This document shows positions 1 through 15,000 of a stretch of DNA of 64,000 bases, in pieces. The first letter of the stretch is position 1. Every line of letters begins with the position of its first letter. Under the pieces are notes generated by a model that was not told the DNA's origin, did not search any database, and saw only the letters and a list, made by a program, of their open reading frames with translations. The stretch comes from Eledone cirrhosa (Eukaryota): NCBI GenBank assembly GCA_964016885.1, contig OZ024764.1:17980001-18044000 (forward strand), read 5' to 3'. The position numbers and the translations under genes were made by a program.

Positions 1-3000
1 TGCAGAAATGGCTTCTAAATGCAGGGAACTCATTAATTCGATGGAAATAGTAGTGTATATGCAATATTTAATAGAGATACGGCTTCTACAGGACTAAAAC
101 TCATTAATATGATGGGTATTAGTAGAGTATATACCATATTTAATACAGAAATGGCTTCTAAATGCATAAAACTCATTTATTCGATGGAAATAGTAGTGTA
201 TATGCAATAATTAAGGCAGAAATGACTTCTACAAGAGTAAAACTCATTAATATGAGGGATATTAGTAGAGTATATGCCATATATAATGCAGAAATGGCTT
301 CTAAATGCAGGGAACTCATTAATTCGATGGAAATATTAGTGTATATGCCATATTTAATACAGAAATGGGTTCTAAAGACAAGAACTCCTTTAATTCCAAT
401 CAAATAGTAGTGTATATGCAATAATTAATGCAGAAATGGCTTCTACAAGAGTAAAACTCATAAATATGAGGGATGTTAGTAGAGTATAGGCCATATTTAA
501 TATGGAAATGGCTTCTAAATGCAGGGAACTCATTAATTCGATGGAAATATTAGTGTATATGCCATATTTAATACAGATATGGATTCTACAGGACTAAAAC
601 TCATTAATATGAGGGGTATTAGTAGAGTATATGCCATATATAATACTGAAATGGATTCTAAATGCAGGGAACTCAGTAATTCGATGGAAATAGTAGTGTA
701 TATCCAATATTTAATAGAGATATGGCTTCTACAGGATTAAACTCATTAATATGATGGGTATTAGTAGATTATAGGCCATATTTAATACAGAAATGGGTTC
801 AAAAGGACTAGACCTCTTTAATTCCCATCAAATAGTAGTGTATATGCAATATTTAATAGAGATACGGCTTCTACAGGACTAAAACTCATTAATATGATGG
901 GTATTAGTAGAGTATATGCCATATATAATACAGAAATGGCTTCTAAATGCAGAAAACTCATTTATTCGATGGAAATATTAGTGTATATGCAATAATGCAA
1001 TAATTAAGGCAGAAATGACTTCTACAAGAGTAAAACCCATTAATATGAGGGGTATTAGTAGAGTATATGCCATATATAATGCAGAAATGGCTTCTAAATG
1101 CAGGGAACTCATTAATTCGATGGAAATATTAGTGTATATGCCATATTTAATACAGAAATGGCTTCTAAAGACAAGAACTCCTTTAATTCCAATCAAATAG
1201 TAGTGTATATGCAATAATTAATGCAGAAATGGCTTCTAAAAGAGTAAAACTCATAAATATGAGGGATATTAGTAGAGTATATGCCATATTTAATATGGAA
1301 ATGGCTTCTAAATGCAGGGAACTCATTAATTCGATGGAAATATTAGTGTATATGCAATATTTAATACAGATATGTCTTCTACAGGAATAATACTCATTCA
1401 TATGAGGGGTATTAGTAGAGTATATGCCATATATAATACAGAAATGGCTTCTAAATGCAGGGAACTCATTAATTCGATGGAAATATTAGTGTATATGCCA
1501 TATTTAATACAGATATGGCTTCTACAGGACTAAAACTCATTAATATGAGTGGTATTAGTAGAGTATATGCCATATATAATACAGAAATGGGTTCTAAAGG
1601 ACTAGACCTCTTTAATTCCCATCAAATAGTGGTGTAAATGCAATATTTAATACAGGAATGGCTTCTACAGGACTAAAACTCATTAATATGAGGGTTACTA
1701 GTAGAGTATATGCCATATTTAATACAGAAATGGCTTCTAAATGCAGGGAACTCATTAATTCGATGGAAATAGTAGTGTATATGCAATAATTAAGGCGGAA
1801 ATGACTTCTACAAGAGTAAAACTCATTAATATGAGGGGTATTAGTAGAGTATATGCCATATATAATGCAGAAATGGCTTCTAAATGCAGGGAACTCATTA
1901 ATTCGATGGAAATATTAGTGTATATGCCATATTTAATACAGAAATGGGTTCTAAAGGACTAGAACTCTTTAATTCCCATCAAATAGTAGTGTATATGCAA
2001 TATTTAATACAGAAATGGCTTCTACAGGACTAAAACTCATTAATATGAGGGTTATTAGTAGAGTATATGCCATATTTAATACAGAAATGGCTTCTAAATG
2101 CATAAAACTCATTTATTCGATGGAAATAGTAGTGTATATGCAATAATTAAGGCAGAAATGACTTCTACAAGAGTAAAACTCATTAATATAAGGGGTATTA
2201 GTAGAGTATATGCCATATATAATGCAGAAATGGCTTCTAAATGCAGGGAACTCATTAATTCGATGGAAATATTAGTGTATATGCCATATTTAATACAGAA
2301 ATGGGTTCTAAAGACAAGAACTCCTTTAATTCCAAACAAATAGTAGTGTATATGCAATAATTAATGCAGAAATGGCTTCTACAAGAGTAAAACTCATTAA
2401 TATGAGGGATATTAGTAGCGTATATGCCATATTTAATATGGAAATGGCTTCTAAATGCAGGGAACTCATTAATTCGATGGAAATATTAGTGTATATGCAA
2501 TAATGAATACAGATATGGCTTTTACAGGACTAATACTCATTCATATGAGGGGTATTAGTAGAGTATATGCCATATATAATACAGAAATGGCTTCTAAATG
2601 CAGGGAACTCATTAATTCGATGGAAATAGTAGTGTATATGCAATATTTAATAGAGATACGGCTTCTACAGGACTAAAACTCATTAATATGATGGGTATTA
2701 GTAGAGTATATGCCATATTTAATACAGAAATGGCTTCTAAATGCATAAAACTTATTTATTCGATGGAAATAGTAGTGTATATGCAATAATTAATGCAGAA
2801 ATGGCTTCTACAAGAGTAAAACTCATAAATATGAAGGATATTAGTAGAGTATATGCCATATTTAATATGGAAATGGCTTCTAAATGCAGGGAACTCATTA
2901 ATTCGATGGAAATAGTAGTGTATATGCAATATTTAATACAGATATGGCTTCTAAATGCAGGGAACTCATTAATTCGATGGAAATAGTAGTGTATATGCAA

Positions 3001-6000
3001 TAGTTAAGGCAGAAATGACTTCTACAAGAGTAAAACTCATTATAATAGGGGTATTAGTAGAGTATATGCCATATATAATGCAGAAATGGCTTCTAAATGC
3101 AGGGAACTCATTAATTCGATGGAAATAGTAGTGTATATCCAATATTTAATAGAGATACGGCTTCTACAGGACTAAAACTCATTAATATGATGGGTATTAG
3201 TAGAGTATATGCCATATTTAATACTGAAATGGCTTCTAAATGCATAAAACTCATTAATTCGATGGCAATATTAGTGTATATGCAATATTTAAGGCAGAAA
3301 TGACTTCTACAAGAGTAAAACTCATTAATATGAGGGGTATTAGTAGAGTATATGCCATATATAATGCAGAAATGGCTTCTAAATGCAGGGAACTCATTAA
3401 TTCGATGGAATTATTAGTGTATATGCCATATTTAATACAGAAATGGGTTCTAAAGGACTAGAACTCTTTAATTCCCATCAAATAGTAGTGTATATGCAAT
3501 ATTTAATACAGAAATGGCTTCTACAGGACTAAAACTCATTAATATGAGGGTTATTAGTAGAGTATATGCCATATTTAATATGGAAATGGCTTCTAAATGC
3601 AGGGAACTCATTAATTCGATGGAAATAGTAGTGTATATGCAATATTTAATACAGATATGGCTTCTACAGGACTAAAACTCATTAATATGAGGGTTATTAG
3701 TAGATTATATGCCATATTTACTATGGAAATGGCTTCTAAATGCATAAAACTCATTTATTCGATGGAAATAGTGGTGTATAAGCAATAATTAAGGCAGAAA
3801 TGACTTCTACAAGAGCAAAACTCATTAATATGAGGGGTATTAGTAGAGTATATGCCATATATAATGCAGAAATGGCTTCTAAATGCAGGGAACTCATTAA
3901 TTCGATGGAAATATTAGTGTATATGCCATATTTAATACAGAAATGGGTTCTAAAGACAAGAACTCCTTTAATTCCAATCAAATAGTACTGTATATGCAAT
4001 AATTAATGCAGAAATGGCTTCTACAAGAGTAAAACTCATAAATATGAGGGATATTAGTAGAGTATATGCCATATATAATACAGAAATGGCTTCTAAATGC
4101 AGGGAACTCATTAATTCGATGGAAATATTAGTGTATTTGCAATATTTAATACAGATATGGCTTCTACAGGACTAATACTCATTCATATGAGGGGTATTAG
4201 TAGAGTATATGCCATATATAATATAGAAATGGCTTCTAAATGCAGGGAACTAATTAATTCGATGGAAATAGTAGTGTATATGCAATATTTAATAGAGATA
4301 CGGCTTCTACAGGACTAAAACTCATTAATATGATGGGTATTAGTAGAGTATATGCCATATTTAATAAAGAAATGGCTTCTAAATGCATAAAACTCATTTA
4401 TTCAATGGAAATAGTAGTGTATATGCAATAATTAAGGCAGAAATGACTTCTACAAGAGTAAAACTCATTAATATGAGGGGTATTAGTAGAGTATATGCCT
4501 TATATAATGCAGAAATGGCTTCTAAATGCAGGGAACTCATTAATTCGATGGAAATATTAGTGTATATGCCATATTTAATACAGAAATGGGTTCTAAAGAC
4601 AAGAACTCCTTTAATTCCAATCAAATAGTAGTGTATATGCAATATTTAATACAGAAATGGCTTCTACAAGACTAATACTTATTAATATGAGGGGTATGAG
4701 TAGAGTATATGCCATATTTACTATGGAAATGGCTTGTAAATGCAGGGAACTCATTAATTCGATGGAAATATTAGTGTATATGCAATATTTAATACAGATA
4801 TGGCTTCTACAGGACTAATACTCATTCATATGAGGGGTATTAGTAGAGTATATGCCATATATAATACAGAAATGGCTTCTAAATGCAGGGAACTCATTAA
4901 TTCGAAGGAAATAGTAGTGTATATCCAATATTTAATAGAGATATGGCTTCTACAGGATTAAACTCATTAATATGAGGGGTATTAGTAGGTTATATGCCAT
5001 ATTTAATACAGAAATGGGTTCTAAAGGACTAGACCTCTTTAATTCCCATCAAATAGTAGTGTATATGCAATATTTAATACAGGAATGGCTTCTACAGGAC
5101 TAAAACTCATTAATATGAGGGTTACTACTAGAGTATATGCCATATTTAATACGGAAATGGCTTCGAAATGCAGGGAACTCATTAATTCGATGGAAATAGT
5201 AGTGTATATGCAATATTTAATAGAGATACGGCTTCTACAGGACTAAAACTCATTAATATGATGGGTATTAGTAGAGTATATGCCATATTTAATACAGAAA
5301 TGGCTTCTAAATGCATAAACCTCATTTATTCGATGGAAATAGTAGTGTATATGCAATGATTAAGGCAGAAATGACTTCTACAAGAGTAAAACTCATTAAT
5401 ATGAGGGGTATTTGTAGAGTATATGCCATATATAATGCAGAAATGGCTTCTAAATGCAGGGAACTCATTAATTCGATGGAAATATTAGTGTATATGCCAT
5501 ATTTAATACAGAAATGGGTTCTAAAGACAAGAACTCCTTTAATTCCAATCAAATAGTAGTGTATATGCAATATTTAATACAGAAATGGCTTCTACAAGAC
5601 TAATACTTATTAATATGAGGGGTATGAGTAGAGTATATGCCATATTTACTATGGAAATGGCTTGTAAATGCAGGGAACTCATTAATTCGATGGAAATATT
5701 AGTGTATATGCAATATTTAATACAGATATGGCTTCTACAGGACTAATACTCATTCATATGAGGGGTATTAGTAGAGTATATGCCATATATAATACAGAAA
5801 TGGCTTCTAAATGCAGGGAACTCATTAATTCGAAGGAAATAGTAGTGTATATCCAATATTTAATAGAGATATGGCTTCTACAGGATTAAACTCATTAATA
5901 TGAGGGGTATTAGTAGGTTATATGCCATATTTAATACAGAAATGGGTTCTAAAGGACTAGACCTCTTTAATTCCCATCAAATAGTAGTGTATATGCAATA

Positions 6001-9000
6001 TTTAATACAGGAATGGCTTCTACAGGACTAAAACTCATTAATATGAGGGTTACTACTAGAGTATATGCCATATTTAATACGGAAATGGCTTCGAAATGCA
6101 GGGAACTCATTAATTCGATGGAAATAGTAGTGTATATGCAATATTTAATAGAGATACGGCTTCTACAGGACTAAAACTCATTAATATGATGGGTATTAGT
6201 AGAGTATATGCCATATTTAATACAGAAATGGCTTCTAAATGCATAAACCTCATTTATTCGATGGAAATAGTAGTGTATATGCAATGATTAAGGCAGAAAT
6301 GACTTCTACAAGAGTAAAACTCATTAATATGAGGGGTATTTGTAGAGTATATGCCATATATAATGCAGAAATGGCTTCTAAATGCAGGGAACTCATTAAT
6401 TCGATGGAAATATTAGTGTATATGCCATATTTAATACAGAAATGGGTTCTAAAGGACTAGAACTCTTTAATTCCCATCAAATAGTAGTGTATATGCAATA
6501 TTTAATACAGAAATGGCTTCTACAGGACTAAAACTCATTAATATGAGGGTTATTAGTAGAGTATATGCCATATTTAATACAGAAATGGCTTCTAAATGCA
6601 GGGAACTCATTAATTCGATGGAAATAGTAGTGTATATGCAATATTTAATAGAGATACGGCTTCTACAGGACTAAAACTCATTAATATGATGGGTATTAGT
6701 AGAGTATATGCCATATATAATACAGAAATGGCTTCTAAATGCAGAAAAGTCATTTATTCGATGGAAATAGTAGTTTATATGCAATAATTAAGGCAGAAAT
6801 GACTTCTACAAGAGGAAAACCCATTAATATGAGGGATATTAGTTGAGTATATGCCATATATAATGCAGAAATGGCTTCTAGATCCAGGGAACTCATTAAT
6901 TCGATGGAAATATTAGTGTATATGCCATATTTAATACAGAAATGGGTTCTAAAGACAAGAACTCCTTTAATTCCAATCAAATAGTAGTGTACATGCAATA
7001 TTTAATACAGAAATGGCTTCTACAGGACTAATACTTATTAATATGAGGGGTATGAGTAGAGTATATGCCATATTTACTATGGAAATGGCTTGTGAATGCA
7101 GGGAACTCATTAATTCGATGGAAATATTAGTGTATATGCAATATTTAATACAGATATGGCTTCTACAGGACTAATACTCATTCATATGAGGGGTATTAGT
7201 AGAGTATATGCCATATATAATACAGAAATGGCTTCTAAATGCAGGGAACTCATTAATTCGATGGAAATATTAGTGTATATGCCATATTTAATACAGATAT
7301 GGCTTCTACAGGACTAAAACTCATTAATATGAGGGGTATTAGTAGAGTATATGCCATATATAATACTGAAATGGCTTCTAAATGCAGGGAACTCAGTAAT
7401 TCGATGGAAATAGTAGTGTATATCCAATATTTAATAGAGATATGGCTTCTACAGGATTAAACTCATTAATATGAGGGGTATTAGTAGATTATATGCCATA
7501 TTTAATACAGAAATGGGTTCTAAAGGACTAGACCTCTCTAATTCCCATCAAATAGTAGTGTATATGCAATATTTATTACAGGAATGGCTTCTACAGGACT
7601 AAAACTCATTAATATGAGGTTTACTAGTAGAGTATATGCCATATTTAATACGGAAATGGCTTCTAAATGCATAAAACTCATTTATTCGATGGAAATAGTA
7701 GTGTATATGCAATAATTAAGGCAGAAATGACTTCTACAAGAGTAAAACTCATTAATATGAGGGGTATTAGTAGAGTATATGCCATATATAATACTGAAAT
7801 GGCTTCTAAATGCAGGGAACTCATTAATTCGATGGAAATAGTAATGTATATGCAATATTTAATAGAGATACGGCTTCTACAGGACTAAAGCTCATTAATA
7901 TGATGGGTATTAGTAGAGTATATGCCATATTTAATACAGAAATGGCTTCTAAATGCATAAAACTCATTTATTCGATGGAAATAGTAGTGTATATGCAATA
8001 ATTAAGGCAGAAATGACTTCTACAAGAGTAAAACTCATTAATATGAGGGGTATTAGTAGAGTATATGCCATATATAATGCAGAAATAGCTTCTAAATGCA
8101 GGGAACTCATTAATTTGATGGAAATATTAGTGTATATGCCATTTTTAATACAGAAATGGGTTCTAAAGACAAGAACTCCTTTAATTCCAATCAAATATTA
8201 GTGTATATGCAATAATTAATGCAGAAATGGCTTCTACAAGAGTAAAACTCATTAATATGAGGGATATTAGTAGAGTATATGCCATATTTAATATGGAAAT
8301 GGCATCTAAATGCAGGGAACTCATTAATTCGATGGAAATAGTAGTGTATATGCAATATTTCATACAGATCTGGCTTTTACAGGACTAAAACTCATTAATA
8401 TGAGGGGTATTAGAAGATTATATGCCATATTTACTATGGAAATGGCTTCTAAATGCAGGGAACTCATTAATTCGATGGAAATATTAGTGTATATGCCATA
8501 TTTAATTCAGAAATGGGTTCTAAAGACAAGAACTCCTTTAATTCCAATCAAATAGTAGTGTATAGGCAATAATTAATGCAGAAATGGCTTCTACAAGAGT
8601 AAAACTCATTAATATGAGGGATATTAGTAGAGTATATGACATATTTAATATAGGAAATGGCTTCTAAATGCAGGGAACTCATTAATTCGATGGAAATAGT
8701 AGTGTATATGCAATATTTAATACAGATATGGCTTCTACAGGACTAAAACTCATTTATATGAGGGTTATTAGTAGAGTATATGCCATATTTAATATGGAAA
8801 TGGCTTCTAAATGCAGGGAACTCATTAATTCAATGGAAATAGTAGTGTATATGCAATATTTAATAGAGATACGGCTTCTACAGGACTACAACTCATTAAT
8901 ATGATGGGTATTAGTAGAGTATATGCCATATTTAATACAGAAATGGCTTCTAAATGCAGAAAACTCATTTATTCGATGGAAATAGTAGTGTATATGCAAT

Positions 9001-12000
9001 AATTAAGGCAGAAATGACTTCTACAAGAGTAAAACTCATTAATATGAGGGGTATTAGTAGAGTATATGCCATATATAATGCAGAAATGGCTTCTAAATGC
9101 AGGGAACTCATTAATTCGATGGAAATATTAGTGTATATGCCATATTTAATACAGAAATGGGTTCTAAAGACAAGAACTCCTTTAATTCCAATCAAATAGT
9201 AGTGTATATGCAATAATTAATCCAGAAATGGCTTCTACAAGAGTAAAACTCATAAATATGAGGGATATTAGTAGAGTATATGCCATATTTAATATGGAAA
9301 TGGCTTCTAAATGCAGGGAACTAATTAATTCGATGGAAATATTAGTGTATATGCCATATTTAATACAGAAATTGGTTCTACAGGACTAAAACTCATTCAT
9401 ATGAGGGGTAATAGTAGAGTATATGCCATATATAATACAGAAATGGCTTCTAAATGCAAAAAACTCATTTATTCGATGGAAATAGTAGTTTATATGCAAT
9501 AATTAAGGCAGAAATGACTTCTACAAGAGTAAAACTCATTAATATGACGGGTATTAGTTGAGTATATGCCATATATAATGCAGAAATGGCTTCTAGATCC
9601 AGGGAACTCATTAATTCGATGGAAATATTAGTGTATATGCCATATTTAATACAGAAATGGGTTCTAAAGGACTAGAACTCTTTAATTCCTATCAAATAGT
9701 AGTGTATATGCAATATTTAATACAGAACTGGCTTCTACGGGACTTAAAACTCATTAATATGAGGGTTATTAGTAGAGTATATGCCATATTTAATACAGAA
9801 ATGGCTTCTAAATGCAGGGAACTCATTAATTCGATGGAAATAGTAGTGTATATGCAATAATTTAATAGAGATACGGCTTCTACAGGACTAAAACTCATTA
9901 ATATGATGGGTATTAGTAGAGTATATGCCATATATAATACAGAAATGGCTTCTAAATGCAGAAAACTCATTTATTCGATGGAAATAGTAGTTTATATGCA
10001 ATAATTAAGGCAGAAATGACTTCTACAAGAGTAAAACTCATTAATATGAGGGGTATTAGTTGAGTATATGCCATATATAATGCAGAAATGGCTTCTAGAT
10101 CCAGGGAACTCATTAATTCGATGGAAATATTAGTGTATATGCCATATTTAATACAGAAATGGGTTCTAAGAAAAGAACTCCTTTAATTCCAATCAAATAG
10201 TAGTGTATATGCAATATTTAATACAGAAATGGTTTCTACAGGACTAATACTTATTAATATGAGGAGTATGAGTAGAGTATATGCCATATTTACTATGGAA
10301 ATGGCTTGTAAATGCAGGGAACTCATTAATTCGATGGAAATATTAGTGTATATGCAATATTTAATATAGATATGGCTTCTACAGGGACTAATACTCATTC
10401 ATATGAGGGGTATTAGTAGAGTATATGCCATATATAATACAGAAATGGCTTCTAAATGCAGGGAACTCATTAATTCGATGGAAATATTAGTGTATATGCC
10501 ATATTTAATACAGATATGGCTTCTACAGGACTAAAACTCATTAATATGAGGGGTATTAGTAGAGTATATGCCATATATAATACTGAAATGGCTTCTAAAT
10601 GCAGGGAACTCAGTAATTCGATGGAAATAGTAGTGTATATCCAATATTTAATAGAGATATGGCCTCTACAGGATTAAACTCGTTAATATGAGGGGTATTA
10701 GTAGATTATATGCCATATTAATACAGAAATGGGTTCTAAAGGACTAGACCTCTTTAATTCCCATCAAATAGTAGTGTATATGCAATATTTAATACAGGAA
10801 TGGCTTCTACAGGACTAAAACTCATTAATATGAGGGTTACTAGTAGAGTATATGCCATATTTAATACGGAAATGGCTTCTAAATGCAGGGAACTCATTAA
10901 TTCGATGGAAATAGTAATGTTTATGCAATATTTAATAGAGATACGGCTTCTACAGGACTAAAGCTCATTAATATGATGGGTATTAGTAGAGTATATGCCA
11001 TATATAATACAGAAATGGCTTCTAAATGCAGGGGAACTCATTAATTCGAAGGAAATAGTAGTGTATATCCAATATTTAATAGAGATATGGCTTCTACAGG
11101 ATTAAACTCATTAATATGAGGGGTATTAGTAGGTTATATGCCATATTTAATACAGAAATGGGTTCTAAAGGACTAGACCTCTTAATTCCCATCAAATAGT
11201 AGTGTATATGCAATATTTAATACAGGAATGGCTTCTACAGGACTAAAACTCATTAATATGAGGGTTACTAGTAGAGTATATGCCATATTTAATATGGAAA
11301 TGGCTTCTAAATGCAGGGAACTAATTAATTCGATGGAAATATTAGTGTATATGCCATATTTAATACAGAAATTGGTTCTACAGGACTAAAACTCATTCAT
11401 ATGAGGGGTAATAGTAGAGTATATGCCATATATAATACAGAAATGGCTTCTAAATGCAGGGAACTCATTAATTCGATGGAAATATTAGTGTATTTGCAAT
11501 ATTTAATACAGATATGGCTTCTACAGGACTAATACTCATTCATATGAGGGGTATTAGTAGAGTATATGCCATATATAATATAGAAATGGCTTCTAAATGC
11601 AGGGAACTCATTAATTCGATGGAAATAGTAGTGTATATGCAATATTTAATAGAGATACGGCTTCTACAGGGACTAAAACTCATTAATATGATGGGTATTA
11701 GTAGAGTATATGCCATATTTAATAAAGAAATGGCTTCTAAATGCATAAAACTCATTTATTCGATGGAAATAGTAGTGTATATGCAATAATTAAGCAGAAA
11801 TGACTTCTACAAGAGTAAAACTCATTAATATGAGGGGTATTAGTAGAGTATATGCCTTATATAATGCAGAAATGGCTTCTAAATGCAGGGAACTCCATTA
11901 ATTCGATGGAAATATTAGTGTATATGCCATATTTAATACAGAAATGGGTTCTAAAGACAAGAACTCCTTTAATTCCAATCAAATAGTAGTGTATATGCAA

Positions 12001-15000
12001 TAATAATGCAGAAATTGCTTCTACAAGAGTAAAACTCATAAATATGAGGGATATTAGTAGAGTATATGCCATATTTAATACAGAAATGGCTTCTAAATGC
12101 AGGGAACTCATTAATTCGATGGAAATAGTAGTGTATATGCAATATTTAATAGAGATACGGCTTCTACAGGACTAAAACTCATTAATATGATGGGTATTAG
12201 TAGAGTATATGTCATATATAATACAGAAATGGCTTCTAAATGCAGAAAACTCATTTATTCGATGGAAATAGTAGTTTATATGCAATAATTAAGGCAGAAA
12301 TGACTTCTACAAGAGTAAAACTCATTAATATGACGGGTATTAGTTGAGTATATGCCATATATAATGCAGAAATGGCTTCTAGATCCAGGGAACTCATTAA
12401 TTCGATGGAAATATTAGTGTATATGCCATATTTAATACAGAAATAGATTCTAAAGACAAGAACTCCTTTAATTCCAATCAAATAGTAGTGTATATGCAAT
12501 ATTTAATACAGAAATGGCTTCTACAGGACTAATACTTATTAATATGAGGGGTATGAGTAGAGTATATGCCATATTTACTATGGAAATGGCTTGTAAATGC
12601 AGGGAACTCATTAATTCGATGGAAATATTAATGTATATGCAATATTTAATACAGATATGGCTTCTACAGGACTAATACTCATTCATATGAGGGGTATTAG
12701 TAGAGTATATGCCATATATAATACAGAAATGGCTTCTAAATGCAGGGGAACTCATTAATTCAAAGGAAATAGTAGAGTATATCCAATATTTAATAGAGAT
12801 ATGGCTTCTACAGGATTAAACTCATTAATATGAGGGGTATTAGTAGGTTATATGCCATATTTAATACAGAAATGGGTTCTAAAGGACTAGACCTCTTTAA
12901 TTCCCATCAAATAGTAGTGTATATGCAATATTTAATACAGGAATGGCTTCTACAGGACTAAAACTCATTAATATGAGTGTTACTAGTAGAGTATATGCCA
13001 TATTTAATACGGAAATGGCTTCGAAATACAGGGAACTCATTAATTCGATGGAAATAGTAGTGTATATGCAATATTTAATAGAGATACGGCTTCTACAGGA
13101 CTAAAACTCATTAATATGATGGGTATTAGTAGAGTATATGCCATATTTAATACAGAAATGGCTTCTAAATGCATAAAACTCATTTATTCGATGGAAATAG
13201 TAGTGTATATGCAATAATTAAGGCAGAAATGACTTCTACAAGAGTAAAACTCATTAATATGAGGGGTATTAGTAGAGTATATGCCATATATAATGCAGAA
13301 ATGGCTTCTAAATGCAGGGAACTCATTAATCGATGGAAATATTAGTGTATATGCCATATTTAATACAGAATGGGTTCTAAAGACAAGAAACACCTTTAAT
13401 TCCAATCAAATAGTAGTGTATATGCAATATTTAATGCAGAAATGGCTTCTACAAGAGTAAAACTCATTAATATGAGGGATATTAGTAGAGTATATGCCAT
13501 ATTTAATATGGAAATGGCTTCTAAATGCAGGGAACTCATTAATTCGATGGAAATAGTAGTGTATATGCAATATTTCCTACAGATATGGCTTCTACGGGAC
13601 TAAAACTCATTAATATGATGGGTATTAGTAGATTATATGCCATATTTACTATGGAAATGGCTTCTAAATGCAGGTAACTCATTAATTGGATGAAAATATT
13701 AGTGTATATGCAATATTTAAGGCAGAAATGACTTCTACAAGAGTAAAACTCATTAATATGAGGGGTATTAGTAGAGTATATGCCATATATAATGCAGAAA
13801 TGGCTTCTAAATGCAGGGAACTCATTAATTCGATGGAAATATTAGTGTATATGCCATATTTAATACAGAAATGGGTTCTAAAGGACTAGAACTCTTTAAT
13901 TCCTATCAAATAGTAGTGTATATGCAATATTTAATACAGAACTGGCTTCTACGGGACTAAAACTCATTAATATGAGGGTTATTAGTAGAGTATATGCCAT
14001 ATTTAATACAGAAATGGCTTCTAAATGTAGGGAACTCATTAATTCGATGGAAATAGTAGTGTATATGCAATATTTAATAGAGATACGGCTTCTACAGGAC
14101 TAAAACTCATTAATATGATGGGTATTAGTAGAGTATATGCCATATATAATACAGAAATGGCTTCTAAATGCAGAAAACTCATTTATTCGATGGAAATAGT
14201 AGTTTATATGCAATAATTAAGGCAGAAATGACTTCTACAAGAGTAAAACTCATTAATATGAGGGGTATTAGTTGAGTATATGCCATATATAATGCAGAAT
14301 GGCTTCTAGATCCAGGGAACTCATTAATTCGATGGAAATATTAGTGTATATGCCATATTTAATACAGAAATGGGTTCTAAAGACAAGAACTCCTTTAATT
14401 CCAATCAAATAGTAGTGTATATGCAATATTTAATACAGAAATGGCTTCTACAGGACTAATACTTATTAATATGAGGAGTATGAGTAGAGTATATGCCATA
14501 TTTACTATGGAAATGGCTTCTAAATGCAGGGAACTCATTAATTCGATGGAAATAGTAATGTATATGCAATATTTAATAGAGATACGGCTTCTACAGGACT
14601 AAAGCTCATTAATATGATGGGTATTAGTAGAGTATATGCCATATATAATACAGAAATGGGCTTCTAAATGCAGGGAACTCATTAATTCGAAGGAAATAGT
14701 AGTGTATATCCAATATTTAAATAGAGATATGGCTTCTACAGGATTAAACTCATTAATATGAGGGGTATTAGTAGGTTATATGCCATATTTAATACAGAAA
14801 TGGGTTCTAAAGGACTAGACCTCTTTAATTCCCATCAAATAGTAGTGTATATGCAATATTTAATACAGGAATGGCTTCTACAGGACTAAAACTCATTAAT
14901 ATGAGGGATACTAGTAGAGTATATGCCATATTTAATACGGAAATGGCTTCGAAATGCAGGGAACTCATTAATTCGATGGAAATAGTAGTGTATATGCAAT

